Source of the DNA: Escherichia phage vB-Eco-KMB42
Reading direction: 5' to 3' (one strand)
DNA length: 64,000 bases
Sequence record: OR539221.1
Shown: positions 21,229 through 31,282 of the stretch, one piece after another
How the letters are laid out: each line of letters opens with the position of its first letter
How positions within the stretch are numbered: the stretch's first letter is position 1
Position numbers and translations under genes: made by a program
Notes under the pieces: generated by a model
What the model was told of the DNA's origin: nothing
What the model saw: only the letters and a program-made list of their open reading frames with translations
Database searches by the model: none

Positions 21229-22688
21229 AAACCAGTTACCTCATGAAAATCGCCAAATACATCTTCGAACGTATTAGCTTTAGTTTTATCTTCACGTAAA
21301 CGAATTGCAATTGGAAGAAATAGCTTAACGTAATCAGTACGTCCATCTAATTTTACCCAGCCGTTGCATTCGCACTCTAGAATTTTTCCAATATAATAAT
21401 TTTGGTTTTCCATAATGCGAGTACGATCAAGTTCATGCGATTTTATACCGGCTTTATCTTTTAAGCCTGAACCAGCATTTACTTTAATTTTTCCACACTC
21501 TGATTCAAGAATGAAACCACCTGCTTTAGTAGGGTCTTTACGGTGAGGATAAATTCCTACAATTTTTAAATCAACATCAATTACTTCTTTAAATTTATAA
21601 AGATTTTTTGAACGAGCATTTTCCCATAATCCATCGATATTTTTAAGAATAATACCTTCAAGACCTTGGTCAATATACTTTTTATAAATTACCTTAGCTT
21701 CATCTAGGTTATTTACTATCTGGTTTTCAATTAAAATTACTTTATCATAGCCTGATGTCATTTGTTCTAGTTTAGAAAAACGTACATCATATTTTAAACG
21801 AAATGCTGGAAGACCATATATTTCTACTAATGGAACATAGTCCCAGACCTGAAACTTCATGCATTGTGCTTCTTTTTCAGAAATGGTTCCCTTTAAAGAT
21901 TTATTAGCGATTCCATTAGAAGTAGTACGTGATTCAGCTACTTCGGCGAATTCTTTAGCTTTACTAATTTCAGGATAAGCATCAAAAAGAAAATCTAGGC
22001 CTTCTGGCTCCTTTTTAACCTGCTCATGGTATACCAATTCGCCATCAATTAACACACCTTCTGGATGAATCTGGCGAGCTTCTGCAGTCATTTTGATTAA
22101 CTCTTCCTTGAGAAGATCTAATCCTAGATATTCATTACCAGCTCGTGATAAAAGACGAACATCATCTAATTCATCACCTCTGACTTCAGCAAAGCACCGA
22201 GCTCCATCAGCTTTTAACTGGGCAAAAGCTGGAAATTTAATATTCTTATTAATGCCTTTTTCATCATAAGAACTTGCCAGCATTTGAGGTTGTTCAGGAA
22301 TTAAACCTGGCCAAACTTTATTTGCAATAGATACAGAAGCACCACATTCAAGGTCTCGCATCATTACTCGACGTAATACTTCAACATCATCTTTTTTACC
22401 ATCGGTGATATATCCGATTAATTCCTCAATTGCCGCATTTCCAGTCAATTTCCGAGTAGCTAACGTGAATTCAATGAAGTCAAGCATATCGGTAAGAGTC
22501 AACATTCCAAAACTCTGGGTAGTAATACCCGGTTTAGGCCATTTCTTGATATAATACTGTAACCCACGAGAATAAGTCAGACGATATACTCGTTTAAGCA
22601 ATTCATTATCTTTATTCTTTTCAAGAATTGCTTGCTTCTGCTTAGTTGAACCAATAGATGCTATTTCGTTCAGAATTTTAAGAATCAT
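21225..22688 (-). CDS. 30: ATP-dependent DNA ligase gp30 (487 aa)
   Basis: N-terminus MILKILNEIASIGSTKQKQAILEK matches T4 DNA ligase; length 487. Confidence 0.95.
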   Translation of the reverse strand: MILKILNEIASIGSTKQKQAILEKNKDNELLKRVYRLTYSRGLQYYIKKWPKPGITTQSFGMLTLTDMLDFIEFTLATRKLTGNAAIEELIGYITDGKKDDVEVLRRVMMRDLECGASVSIANKVWPGLIPEQPQMLASSYDEKGINKNIKFPAFAQLKADGARCFAEVRGDELDDVRLLSRAGNEYLGLDLLKEELIKMTAEARQIHPEGVLIDGELVYHEQVKKEPEGLDFLFDAYPEISKAKEFAEVAESRTTSNGIANKSLKGTISEKEAQCMKFQVWDYVPLVEIYGLPAFRLKYDVRFSKLEQMTSGYDKVILIENQIVNNLDEAKVIYKKYIDQGLEGIILKNIDGLWENARSKNLYKFKEVIDVDLKIVGIYPHRKDPTKAGGFILESECGKIKVNAGSGLKDKAGIKSHELDRTRIMENQNYYIGKILECECNGWVKLDGRTDYVKLFLPIAIRLREDKTKANTFEDVFGDFHEVTGL

Positions 22689-22954
22689 TGTTCATCCTTT
22701 AGAGTTTGGTTTACAGCTCTATTATAAATCAATTCATCATTAAGCTCAGTCAAAGACCTGTGGTACGTGGTTCTAACTTTATTTCCTTGCATCCAGTGCT
22801 TGACGTAAATGAAACCTTGCTCTACACATTTTTTAAAAATTCGTTCGTCTTTTTGAGCTCGGAATTCTGGATTGCATCTAAAAAATTGATTTACGTGACC
22901 GTAATCACGTGTAGTATTACCTTCATTTTCATAAATAGTGTGAACGACAAACAT
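22685..22954 (-). CDS. hypothetical protein (T4 30.1 position)
   Basis: ORF in synteny. Confidence 0.6.
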   Translation of the reverse strand: MFVVHTIYENEGNTTRDYGHVNQFFRCNPEFRAQKDERIFKKCVEQGFIYVKHWMQGNKVRTTYHRSLTELNDELIYNRAVNQTLKDEQ

Positions 22955-23184
22955 TAGAATGCTCCTTGGAAAATATTATCACCACTAGTAGGTCTATTAT
23001 ACAAATACTCTATGCCACCGGGTTTAATATAGTTCCATGTCTGAAACGGATGCGTCTGATATGGATGATATAGATTATAAGGATTAAATCCAGGAGTTCT
23101 CCGGATGCGTCTGATATGGATGATATAGATTATAAGGATTAAATCCAGGAGTTCTCCAGGTAGTGTTCCAAGGAAAAGAATCAT
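22954..23184 (-). pseudogene. 3' fragment of the disrupted 30.2-like gene (shares RTPGFNPYNLYHPYQTHP with upstream ORF)
   Basis: duplicated peptide encoded by both copies of the 55-bp repeat in different register. Confidence 0.55.
23047..23156. repeat. perfect tandem direct duplication, 2 x 55 bp
   Basis: CGGATGCGTCTGATATGGATGATATAGATTATAAGGATTAAATCCAGGAGTTCTC at 23047-23101 and 23102-23156. Confidence 0.95.
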
Positions 23185-23845
23185 TTTTAATCATCTTTTC
23201 AATTACATCTTTTATAGCTTTTTCACTATCAAAACTTTCTTTATTTTCATTCGATGGAAAAAGCTTATTCTCTACATCATTCCATGTATAAACTCGCTGT
23301 GCAGTTTTTGGAATACTGTCACGCTCCCCTCGAGCCATCCAATAAACAGGAACATTTAATATTTCACTCGCATGATCGCAGTGGTGAGCGAGATCGTCAA
23401 TATAACAAATTACGTTATATTTCTCTTTTGCCTTTTTGAACAACTCTTCTTTTGAAGAATCATGACCACACATCAATACTTCTGAGAAGGCACCAGGAAA
23501 AAGAGCATTCAAATTAAATTGACGATTCAGCAGAGCGTCAATAGAATCACCCAGTGCTGTAACAGCTACAAAATTATAATCTTCTTTTAATTTGTTAATT
23601 ACACACAGGGCATCTTTATATGGAGACAAATAGCGAATAAAATCTGAACGATTATACTTTTCGATTAATTTAACACCAAGTTCTTCATCGCAATTAAAGA
23701 GCTTACCAGGAGAAATAAATTTTTCGTCCTGAATCATTTTTAAAATATGTTCCAACGGAAGATTATATTTTTGGGCAAAATAAGGAAGGCCCGATTGCCA
23801 GCTTAAACACACCCCGTCAATATCAGTCAAAATAGTAGGCTTCAT
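23084..23845 (-). CDS. HAD-superfamily hydrolase-like protein (T4 30.2 position), C-terminus truncated by frameshift caused by 55-bp tandem duplication
   Basis: HAD motif I ILTDIDGV and motif IV CYIDD; reading frame continues into ORF 22954-23184 if one repeat copy is removed. Confidence 0.7.
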   Translation of the reverse strand: MKPTILTDIDGVCLSWQSGLPYFAQKYNLPLEHILKMIQDEKFISPGKLFNCDEELGVKLIEKYNRSDFIRYLSPYKDALCVINKLKEDYNFVAVTALGDSIDALLNRQFNLNALFPGAFSEVLMCGHDSSKEELFKKAKEKYNVICYIDDLAHHCDHASEILNVPVYWMARGERDSIPKTAQRVYTWNDVENKLFPSNENKESFDSEKAIKDVIEKMIKNDSFPWNTTWRTPGFNPYNLYHPYQTHPENSWI

Positions 23846-24306
23846 AGAGAGTCTCTTAATAGGTTTAACACATCAATAAATTCAGCTTCGGTTAGTATTG
23901 TATCATCTTTTGTTAGACCACTAGCCATGCTATGCTTCAAAATTTTTCCTTTAGAGGCTTGTAAGGCATCACGAAACCCCTTGTTTTGAATCGCTGCTTC
24001 AAAATATGCATTTGTATACAACTCTTTCCATGCTACAGAGTATCTTGAAAAGGGAATTCCAAGCCAGAAAAGCGTCCCACGGTCCGCAGCTCTTGCATAA
24101 GCTCTTCCACTTTGCTGGGCGGCCAAGCCGGAGAGCCCAAATATACGTTTTTGTTGTTCAACATTTTTCACCTTGCATCCTTGGAGGAATCCTTCAAGAC
24201 CTCCGAATTGAATACCATCCATGACGAAAGGCCATTGGGCGAAATTACTTAATGCACACGATGGCCATCTAAAATTGCTTCTAATCTCTAACTCAGACAT
24301 TTTCAA
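23842..24306 (-). CDS. NADAR/YbiA-like (DUF1768-type) protein (T4 30.3 position, 154 aa)
   Basis: motif LSNFAQWPFVMDG...E..LQ.CK resembles YbiA FSNFAAWP...DG...EH..Q; from memory, unverified. Confidence 0.6.
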   Translation of the reverse strand: MKMSELEIRSNFRWPSCALSNFAQWPFVMDGIQFGGLEGFLQGCKVKNVEQQKRIFGLSGLAAQQSGRAYARAADRGTLFWLGIPFSRYSVAWKELYTNAYFEAAIQNKGFRDALQASKGKILKHSMASGLTKDDTILTEAEFIDVLNLLRDSL

Positions 24307-24499
24307 TACTTATAATTTCAACATCAGCCCAATGACCATAGCAAGGAAGACGAAATTCAACTGGCCAGTTAGGGTCCTTTTCTAATATAATAGACTCAAC
24401 TTGTGGTTCTTCATGTTCATCAGTATATGGATTTTTATCTGTTACTTTATATGTGACCTTAATGTACTGAATTCCAAAAATCTTATTAATTATATTCAT
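24293..24499 (-). CDS. hypothetical protein (30.4 position)
   Basis: ORF in synteny. Confidence 0.5.
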   Translation of the reverse strand: MNIINKIFGIQYIKVTYKVTDKNPYTDEHEEPQVESIILEKDPNWPVEFRLPCYGHWADVEIISIENV

Positions 24500-24693
24500 A
24501 CTAATTCCTTTAATCCGTAAATAGGAGACAATTCATCACCCATACGAAGGTCTTCATTTCCATCTACCCAGGAAACAATATAAGCCTCTTTTATTTGAAC
24601 ACCACTCCATTTAAATGGAGGTAGAACCTTAGAAATTAATCCAGGTATACCAACTCCCTTTAATTCAACAGTTTGACCTAAAAAGAATTTCAT
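24496..24693 (-). CDS. hypothetical protein (30.5 position)
   Basis: ORF in synteny. Confidence 0.5.
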   Translation of the reverse strand: MKFFLGQTVELKGVGIPGLISKVLPPFKWSGVQIKEAYIVSWVDGNEDLRMGDELSPIYGLKELV

Positions 24694-24980
24694 TAGAACC
24701 TCATCTGAAAACCATGCGATTTAACATTACCGCCGCCAATATCAGAAATATTAATTTCACGCGCAATTGAAGGGTCAATGTCAATTTCACGATTAAGTTT
24801 AGCGATAGCTAAAGTATCACGCCCATTTACTGTACGGAATTCTAAAGGACAAACCACATCAACGTAATTTTTAATCGATTCACTGGTAGGCTGCAAATGA
24901 GCAGGAAGGTCTTTAGGTGCCTTTGAGAAAACCACTTCACAAAAATTTTTGCGGGTGTCAAAATAAGTAGTCATAAACAT
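24693..24980 (-). CDS. hypothetical protein (30.6 position)
   Basis: ORF with SD GAGGAAAA; hairpin upstream. Confidence 0.55.
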   Translation of the reverse strand: MFMTTYFDTRKNFCEVVFSKAPKDLPAHLQPTSESIKNYVDVVCPLEFRTVNGRDTLAIAKLNREIDIDPSIAREINISDIGGGNVKSHGFQMRF

Positions 24981-24995
24981 AATATTTTCCTCAGT

Positions 24996-25014
24996 AAGGG
25001 GCCGAAGCCCCTCA
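24996..25014 (-). terminator. hairpin between 30.7- and 30.6-position genes
   Basis: minus-strand GGGGC-TTCG-GCCCC directly upstream of SD. Confidence 0.5.
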
Positions 25015-25021
25015 TTTTATT

Positions 25022-25387
25022 TTAAATATCAAATTCGTTAAGAACTACATCAAAGATTGCTTCAAGATGCTCAGGTTTAGCTCTGTTACTCAGAATATGA
25101 CGAATCCAAGTTTTAACCAAAAGCTTGCGATTATCACCATTCCAGCAAGGATGAGTCCCTAAATCGCGTTGACGAAAATCATCATCTAAAGCGATTTTAA
25201 AATTTGAACCTTCCATTGTGATTGAAACCGTGATGCCATTTTCAAATCGCATATAAACGTAGTTAGGAGTCATATACTGTTCAATTTCGCATACTGATCC
25301 ATTTTGATGTTTCCAAAGGCAAATAGTATCAATAGAACCTGCAATACCATTAGAAACATATTTACGTTCAAAGTTGATGTAGTTCAT
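25022..25387 (-). CDS. hypothetical protein (30.7 position, 121 aa)
   Basis: ORF with SD; early promoter 25405-25465. Confidence 0.6.
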   Translation of the reverse strand: MNYINFERKYVSNGIAGSIDTICLWKHQNGSVCEIEQYMTPNYVYMRFENGITVSITMEGSNFKIALDDDFRQRDLGTHPCWNGDNRKLLVKTWIRHILSNRAKPEHLEAIFDVVLNEFDI

Positions 25388-25404
25388 TTTTGTTCTCCGA
25401 GATG

Positions 25405-25465
25405 TTTAATTGCGGTACAGGTATATAATATCATATCCTGTACCAAAGTAAACAATTATTTTACT
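25405..25465 (-). promoter_or_regulatory. early promoter upstream of 30.7-position gene; -10 region embedded in 7-bp inverted repeat
   Basis: minus-strand GTTTAC (25448-25453), 17-bp spacer, TATTATATA; inverted repeat GTACAGG...CCTGTAC 25415-25445. Confidence 0.55.
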
Positions 25466-25788
25466 ACTTTCCAGTGCTTCATGTCAAGTTTACCGACTTT
25501 TTTCATCTTCTCAATTAAGCGTTCGGCACGTTGGCGAGCTGTAACATAATACCATTCACCTAATTCATTTTGTTCAATTTTTCCAACGATTACTGTATTC
25601 AATTCATAAATCCAACCAGTAAAGAAATTATGAACTTGAATTGTAAAGGTGAAATCTGTTCCCATACCTTCTGTTGTTTCTACTTCAATAATATCACCTT
25701 CAACTGCCATTAAGAACCACATAGTTTCGTTATATTCACCATTGAAGCATTTAGCTTTAACTGCAGCGTTCAGATTAATCGTTTTCAT
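25456..25788 (-). CDS. hypothetical protein (30.8 position, 110 aa)
   Basis: ORF with SD AAGGAG; early promoter 25800-25860. Confidence 0.6.
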   Translation of the reverse strand: MKTINLNAAVKAKCFNGEYNETMWFLMAVEGDIIEVETTEGMGTDFTFTIQVHNFFTGWIYELNTVIVGKIEQNELGEWYYVTARQRAERLIEKMKKVGKLDMKHWKVVK

Positions 25789-25799
25789 TTTATTCTCCT

Positions 25800-25860
25800 T
25801 TGTTTGTGTAAGATAATACTATCACAAAGGAACCATACTGTAAACAACTTTATGCAATCT
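25800..25860 (-). promoter_or_regulatory. early promoter upstream of 30.8-position gene
   Basis: minus-strand GTTTAC (25840-25845), spacer 18, TAGTAT. Confidence 0.55.
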
Positions 25861-25861
25861 T

Positions 25862-25895
25862 TGGAAAATAAAAAAGGACTCCCGAAGGAGTCCTC
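25862..25895 (-). terminator. strong rho-independent terminator after 30.9-position gene
   Basis: minus-strand GGACTCC-TTCG-GGAGTCC followed by TTTTTTATTTT. Confidence 0.8.
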
Positions 25896-25898
25896 AAC

Positions 25899-26075
25899 TT
25901 ATGCTTTCTGCTTACCAAAACGAGAAGCATCATCTCGAAGAACCGCACGTGCTCGGCGCATGATCTTCTCAACAGTTTGATTGATACGAGAGTTCGACCC
26001 ACGCTTGTAGCCAGCGCGTTTAGAATCACCAACTTTCTTTTCAACTGCTTTCTTTGCTTTAGCTTGTTTTGCCAT
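25899..26075 (-). CDS. small highly basic protein (30.9 position; start at internal ATG, ~58 aa)
   Basis: K/R-rich ORF followed by strong hairpin terminator; start uncertain (ORF track extends to 26117). Confidence 0.5.
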   Translation of the reverse strand: MAKQAKAKKAVEKKVGDSKRAGYKRGSNSRINQTVEKIMRRARAVLRDDASRFGKQKA

Positions 26076-26320
26076 TATAAATTCTCTTTTAAATGAAAAT
26101 GCAGGACTTATTGGCATTGCCTGCGCAAGCCCTCAAGGGGAACATAGGTTTTTGGGTATTTAACGACCAGGATAACCATAAACCCGTCATCATTCACATT
26201 CAAGAGGTACACCATAAAACTGCCGGGGTCTTAAAACTATAATGATTCGCAAATCATTAATCAGACAGTTCGATGGCTCCTCGATTTTAGCTCACACTAA
26301 GGCAGTGAATCTCCAATAAA

Positions 26321-26569
26321 TTACTTCAATGTTACCACAAAGTGACGAACTGCTTTTCGTGCAGCAGAAGCCAGAGGCTTAGCATACTTAAGTTCATCTT
26401 TTTCCTGAAGCTCAGCAGCTAATGCAGTTTGAGCAGGATTTAGATGTTTGAAATAACGCAGGATTTCAAGAGCTTCGGCTTCAACATCAATAGATGCGCC
26501 ATAGTTTTCGTGACCATTATTCCATGCGTTTCGTTGCAGTTCAAGAGCGTGTTGTAATTGTTTAATCAT
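26321..26569 (-). CDS. rIII: rIII lysis inhibition accessory protein (82 aa)
   Basis: sequence MIKQLQHALELQRNAWNN and 82-aa length match T4 RIII. Confidence 0.88.
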   Translation of the reverse strand: MIKQLQHALELQRNAWNNGHENYGASIDVEAEALEILRYFKHLNPAQTALAAELQEKDELKYAKPLASAARKAVRHFVVTLK

Positions 26570-26703
26570 TTAAAAATTCTCGTTAGAGATTAAAACTCGG
26601 TAGTCACGTTCTTCTGAATTTCATCTTCTTTCGACAGATCTCTCAGTTGTAGACTACCACATAGAATTGTTCGGTTAACTTATTATTCCGACACCCAATT
26701 CAT

Positions 26704-26720
26704 ATTATTATTTATATCAC
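26704..26720 (-). promoter_or_regulatory. late promoter (minus) upstream of rIII
   Basis: plus-strand TATTTATA at 26709-26716. Confidence 0.5.
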
Positions 26721-27052
26721 TTATAAAGACATGGAATAGCTTTATAGTGGCAAGTGACGAATTTTTGTTTAATTTCTTTTGGCTGCTTAAGACCCAGAGC
26801 TACAAAAGGATGCGGAACATTTCGAATTTGACCAACTGGAAGAGAAGTCAAATCACCAACTTCGCAGAAACCTTCAGGAACATCAGGACCAACAGAGTGA
26901 ACTACACACAGTTCAGGAACTTCACCTTGAACACGTTTACCGATAATAAGTCCTGATTCTGTAACTTCTTCATCACCAGCCTGTGCAGGTTCAGAAACTA
27001 AAATAACATATTCACCGACAGCACGAATTGGTAGCTGTTGTACTTCAGACAT
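26717..27052 (-). CDS. 31: gp31 co-chaperonin (GroES analogue, 111 aa)
   Basis: size, synteny, sequence resemblance to T4 gp31. Confidence 0.88.
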
Positions 27053-27108
27053 CGTTTTTCCTTTTTGTTAACAGATGAATTAATAATAACAAATAATTCT
27101 TAAAGCAT

Positions 27109-27417
27109 TTATTTACCAATAAATTGAAGCAAATGCTCAACTTTCATACCATTAACAGAAATCAATTTGCCAATAGAAAAACCTCGCCATGCGCCAAGTT
27201 CAACATCAAATACTGGAATCATGTCAGTAGATTCTTTCCGAGTAGATTCAGTCAATTTACCAGTTTGCATGGTTGGCATAAAGTCTGCATCACGAGTACC
27301 TTTCATAGTACGAATAGTACCATCAGACTTTTCAAAAACTACGTTTGAAACACCCATGGACAATTTGGTTTTCAAAATTTCGCGAATTGCTACTTTCTGC
27401 TCAGTTGTCAGTTTCAT
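27109..27417 (-). CDS. hypothetical protein (31.1 position)
   Basis: ORF in synteny. Confidence 0.6.
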   Translation of the reverse strand: MKLTTEQKVAIREILKTKLSMGVSNVVFEKSDGTIRTMKGTRDADFMPTMQTGKLTESTRKESTDMIPVFDVELGAWRGFSIGKLISVNGMKVEHLLQFIGK

Positions 27418-27654
27418 TTATTTACCTATTACAGTTTTAATATGAGTTGTTCCACGTTCTTTAAGGGTGGAAAGTAATTTTTGGCATTTTTCTAAATCAG
27501 ATTTCCAACTATACGGTCTATCAATACAAACCCATTCTGACTTATAATACTGCTTCCATTTAGAGAAAAAATATTTCTTATACTCTACAGCAAATGAAAT
27601 GTTCTCGTTAGAATAAGAACTAATTGCTGTGAGCTTTACCAAACGAAATTTCAT
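27418..27654 (-). CDS. hypothetical protein (31.2 position)
   Basis: ORF in synteny. Confidence 0.55.
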   Translation of the reverse strand: MKFRLVKLTAISSYSNENISFAVEYKKYFFSKWKQYYKSEWVCIDRPYSWKSDLEKCQKLLSTLKERGTTHIKTVIGK

Positions 27655-28235
27655 TATTCACCACAGAATTCGTTGATATTTTCCCAGTTTAACTTATTCA
27701 AGTTTTTCTTAGGAACATTAAACACTTCAATACCTGCATTTCGCAGAATATCATCCCAGCCAGGTTTATTTTTATCGTATGTTTCGCAATAAACCAGCTT
27801 TTTAATACCAGATTGAGCTATCGCTTTTGCACAATCTGGACAAGGAGAAAGTGTTACATACATAGTAGCACCTTCAATTGAAGAACCATTTCGTGCAGCA
27901 AACAAAATTGCATTTAGTTCAGCATGAATTTCATTTTTAGACGACCATTCAGAGTGAGCGCTACGGTGTTCTTTCGCCAAGACAAAGCGATCAGTTGAAC
28001 CAAATGATACGCATTCAGGCTTATGGCCTTGGATAATAGTATGTTTAGGTTTATTCAGCAACCAACCTTGCTCAGCGGCATAATCACAACAGTTCACACC
28101 ACCAGCAGGTGAACCATTATATCCGGTAGAAATAATACGTCCATTCTTTTCAATTACTGCTCCTACCTTCCAGGAGCAACATTTGGATTCTTGTGATACT
28201 AAATATGCAATTTGAAGTACTGTACTCGCTTTCAT
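27654..28235 (-). CDS. cd: dCMP deaminase (193 aa)
   Basis: zinc deaminase motifs HAELNAI and PCPDCAKAI. Confidence 0.92.
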   Translation of the reverse strand: MKASTVLQIAYLVSQESKCCSWKVGAVIEKNGRIISTGYNGSPAGGVNCCDYAAEQGWLLNKPKHTIIQGHKPECVSFGSTDRFVLAKEHRSAHSEWSSKNEIHAELNAILFAARNGSSIEGATMYVTLSPCPDCAKAIAQSGIKKLVYCETYDKNKPGWDDILRNAGIEVFNVPKKNLNKLNWENINEFCGE

Positions 28236-28570
28236 TTCATAATCACCAGATAAGCAGATTTAGCAGTTTCAACACGATAAATTTCGTGACGAAGTTTAGT
28301 TATACTTTTAATAACAGAACTAATTATATTCTGCCCATCTTTAAAGCGGTTTTTCTTATCAATAAAAACTGCGCCAACCATCTTTTTGTGAAGCTCAACT
28401 GGATACTTCGTCACAATAATAGCATCATACACAGAAGGATGAATACTATTCACCAGAGTGTCATTCATTAAAGTTATTCTAATGAACTGAGCTGTTTCAG
28501 AATCAAGTGCTCTATGATCGCCAGTATCATTTTCAAGACAATTATCAATTATATCAGTTAAATTCATCAT
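28232..28570 (-). CDS. hypothetical protein (cd.1 position)
   Basis: ORF, ATGA-type overlaps. Confidence 0.55.
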   Translation of the reverse strand: MMNLTDIIDNCLENDTGDHRALDSETAQFIRITLMNDTLVNSIHPSVYDAIIVTKYPVELHKKMVGAVFIDKKNRFKDGQNIISSVIKSITKLRHEIYRVETAKSAYLVIMK

Positions 28571-28806
28571 AGTACGCCATACACCCTTTGTGCTTCAACT
28601 AATCCATCAAAATCTAATTTAAGATGCGATATTTGATCGCCATCACCTGGATTCACAATTACTAATACTGAACGAGGAGTTTCGGTAATAACACGAACCG
28701 ATGTTTCAGGAAATCGTTCAGAAACCTTATTTACCAATTCCTGCGCAAATAGCTTAACTTTTTCTTGGAATTCTTTAACAGTAATCGGTTTTTCACTTAG
28801 CAGCAT
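28567..28806 (-). CDS. hypothetical protein (cd.2 position; start at internal ATG with SD GAGG)
   Basis: ORF-track start would overlap upstream gene by 35 nt. Confidence 0.5.
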   Translation of the reverse strand: MLLSEKPITVKEFQEKVKLFAQELVNKVSERFPETSVRVITETPRSVLVIVNPGDGDQISHLKLDFDGLVEAQRVYGVL

Positions 28807-28867
28807 TTTGTTTTCCTCATTTGTTTGGTAGAGCCATAATATCACAACTCTACCGTAAAGTAAACTA

Positions 28868-29143
28868 TTAAATTGCTTTGAATTCTGATGTCTGTGATTC
28901 AAAACGAATATCGCCTTTGATGACTAGCTCAGCATCAAGACCGAATACGACAATGATATGCGCGGAACCTGGATACAACGTAATGGCAATAGAATCCACC
29001 TGGTCTGGAAGCAAAGTGTTCAATACATGAGTCACTTGAGCATGGATTCGAAGTTCAGCTGCGTTATCAAGCTTTTCAAACATATTATTAGCGATAATTT
29101 GACTAAACACTACTTCTACGATTTTAGAATAAGTCGGAAACAT
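28868..29143 (-). CDS. hypothetical protein (cd.3 position)
   Basis: ORF in synteny. Confidence 0.55.
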   Translation of the reverse strand: MFPTYSKIVEVVFSQIIANNMFEKLDNAAELRIHAQVTHVLNTLLPDQVDSIAITLYPGSAHIIVVFGLDAELVIKGDIRFESQTSEFKAI

Positions 29144-29145
29144 AT

Positions 29146-29346
29146 TTACCTCACATAATTTTCTTCAAGCCAATCAATAACATCCAACGCATTATCAAAA
29201 GTTGAACCATCTACTTTGTCTTCTGTTTCATAATCAAGAACATCTAAACCTACTCTTCCATTAACAATAGGCCATAAACAAAACAGGTATTTCTTTTCTT
29301 TTTCAATTTTATCACAAAGATGATAAATTTTTTCTATGTTATTCAT
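29146..29346 (-). CDS. hypothetical protein (cd.4 position)
   Basis: ORF in synteny. Confidence 0.55.
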   Translation of the reverse strand: MNNIEKIYHLCDKIEKEKKYLFCLWPIVNGRVGLDVLDYETEDKVDGSTFDNALDVIDWLEENYVR

Positions 29347-29535
29347 AAGTTTTCCATGGTAAAGGCAGTTTAGTTTTCTTTACTGTTAGTTCAACATCAG
29401 GATTCTTTTCTCTTAATTTAAGGCATTCCTCCCAAGCTCTGATTTCACTAGTGAATACACAAAATTGCCCATTACTAGTACCGACTAAACCACTATTTAC
29501 AATAATAATAGCCCAAGTTTCATGATGCAATGCCA

Positions 29536-29536
<1 letters not shown>
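29339..29536 (-). CDS. hypothetical protein (cd.5 position)
   Basis: ORF in synteny. Confidence 0.55.
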
Positions 29537-30758
<1,222 letters not shown>

Positions 30759-30992
30759 TTATTTTTTCTCAACCAATGATTGAATATAATCATGCAGGTC
30801 TTTAGATGCTTTGCCCCATTTATTTTGATATTCATTTTTAAGATTAGCCCGAGATTGAGCTAATAAAACATCATTAGTTGGAGGTAAAGATTCTAATCGT
30901 TGAATCTGTCGTCCATAAATCATTGCAGCCATCTCGGATTCATAAATCAATCCTTTGAGATGTTCAAATTGATGCCATGAAATCATTTGCAT
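30759..30992 (-). CDS. hypothetical protein (pseT region)
   Basis: ORF in synteny. Confidence 0.5.
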   Translation of the reverse strand: MQMISWHQFEHLKGLIYESEMAAMIYGRQIQRLESLPPTNDVLLAQSRANLKNEYQNKWGKASKDLHDYIQSLVEKK

Positions 30993-31282
30993 TTATCCTC
31001 TTTTAACTCTCGACGATAATAACATATCATAGTTTTTTGGTCATGTACATATCGTTTTACATCATTAAGCCAAATACGAAATTCCTGGGAATCTTCAAAT
31101 GGCATACCGACCCAAGCTTTACCATCAATAACTTTAACTTGCCAAGATAGTTTAGCTTCATCATATGACTTTATTTGTACAGGCCAATTAGGATGAACTG
31201 TTTCTTTCTTTACTTCTAGAGGCTTTGTCGAACAACCAACTAGAAGACCAATAGATAATATTACTGCTGATAGTTTAATCAT
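30983..31282 (-). CDS. o-spanin (outer-membrane lipoprotein, Rz1 equivalent)
   Basis: lipoprotein signal MIKLSAVILSIGLLVGC; adjacent to i-spanin-like gene with overlapping stop/start. Confidence 0.7.
   Translation of the reverse strand: MIKLSAVILSIGLLVGCSTKPLEVKKETVHPNWPVQIKSYDEAKLSWQVKVIDGKAWVGMPFEDSQEFRIWLNDVKRYVHDQKTMICYYRRELKEDKCK

Noticed and set aside
26093-26245. Plus-strand ~49-codon ORF in the 30.9-rIII intergenic region
   Set aside because: No SD, opposite to the local transcription direction, overlaps the 30.9 start; probably chance.
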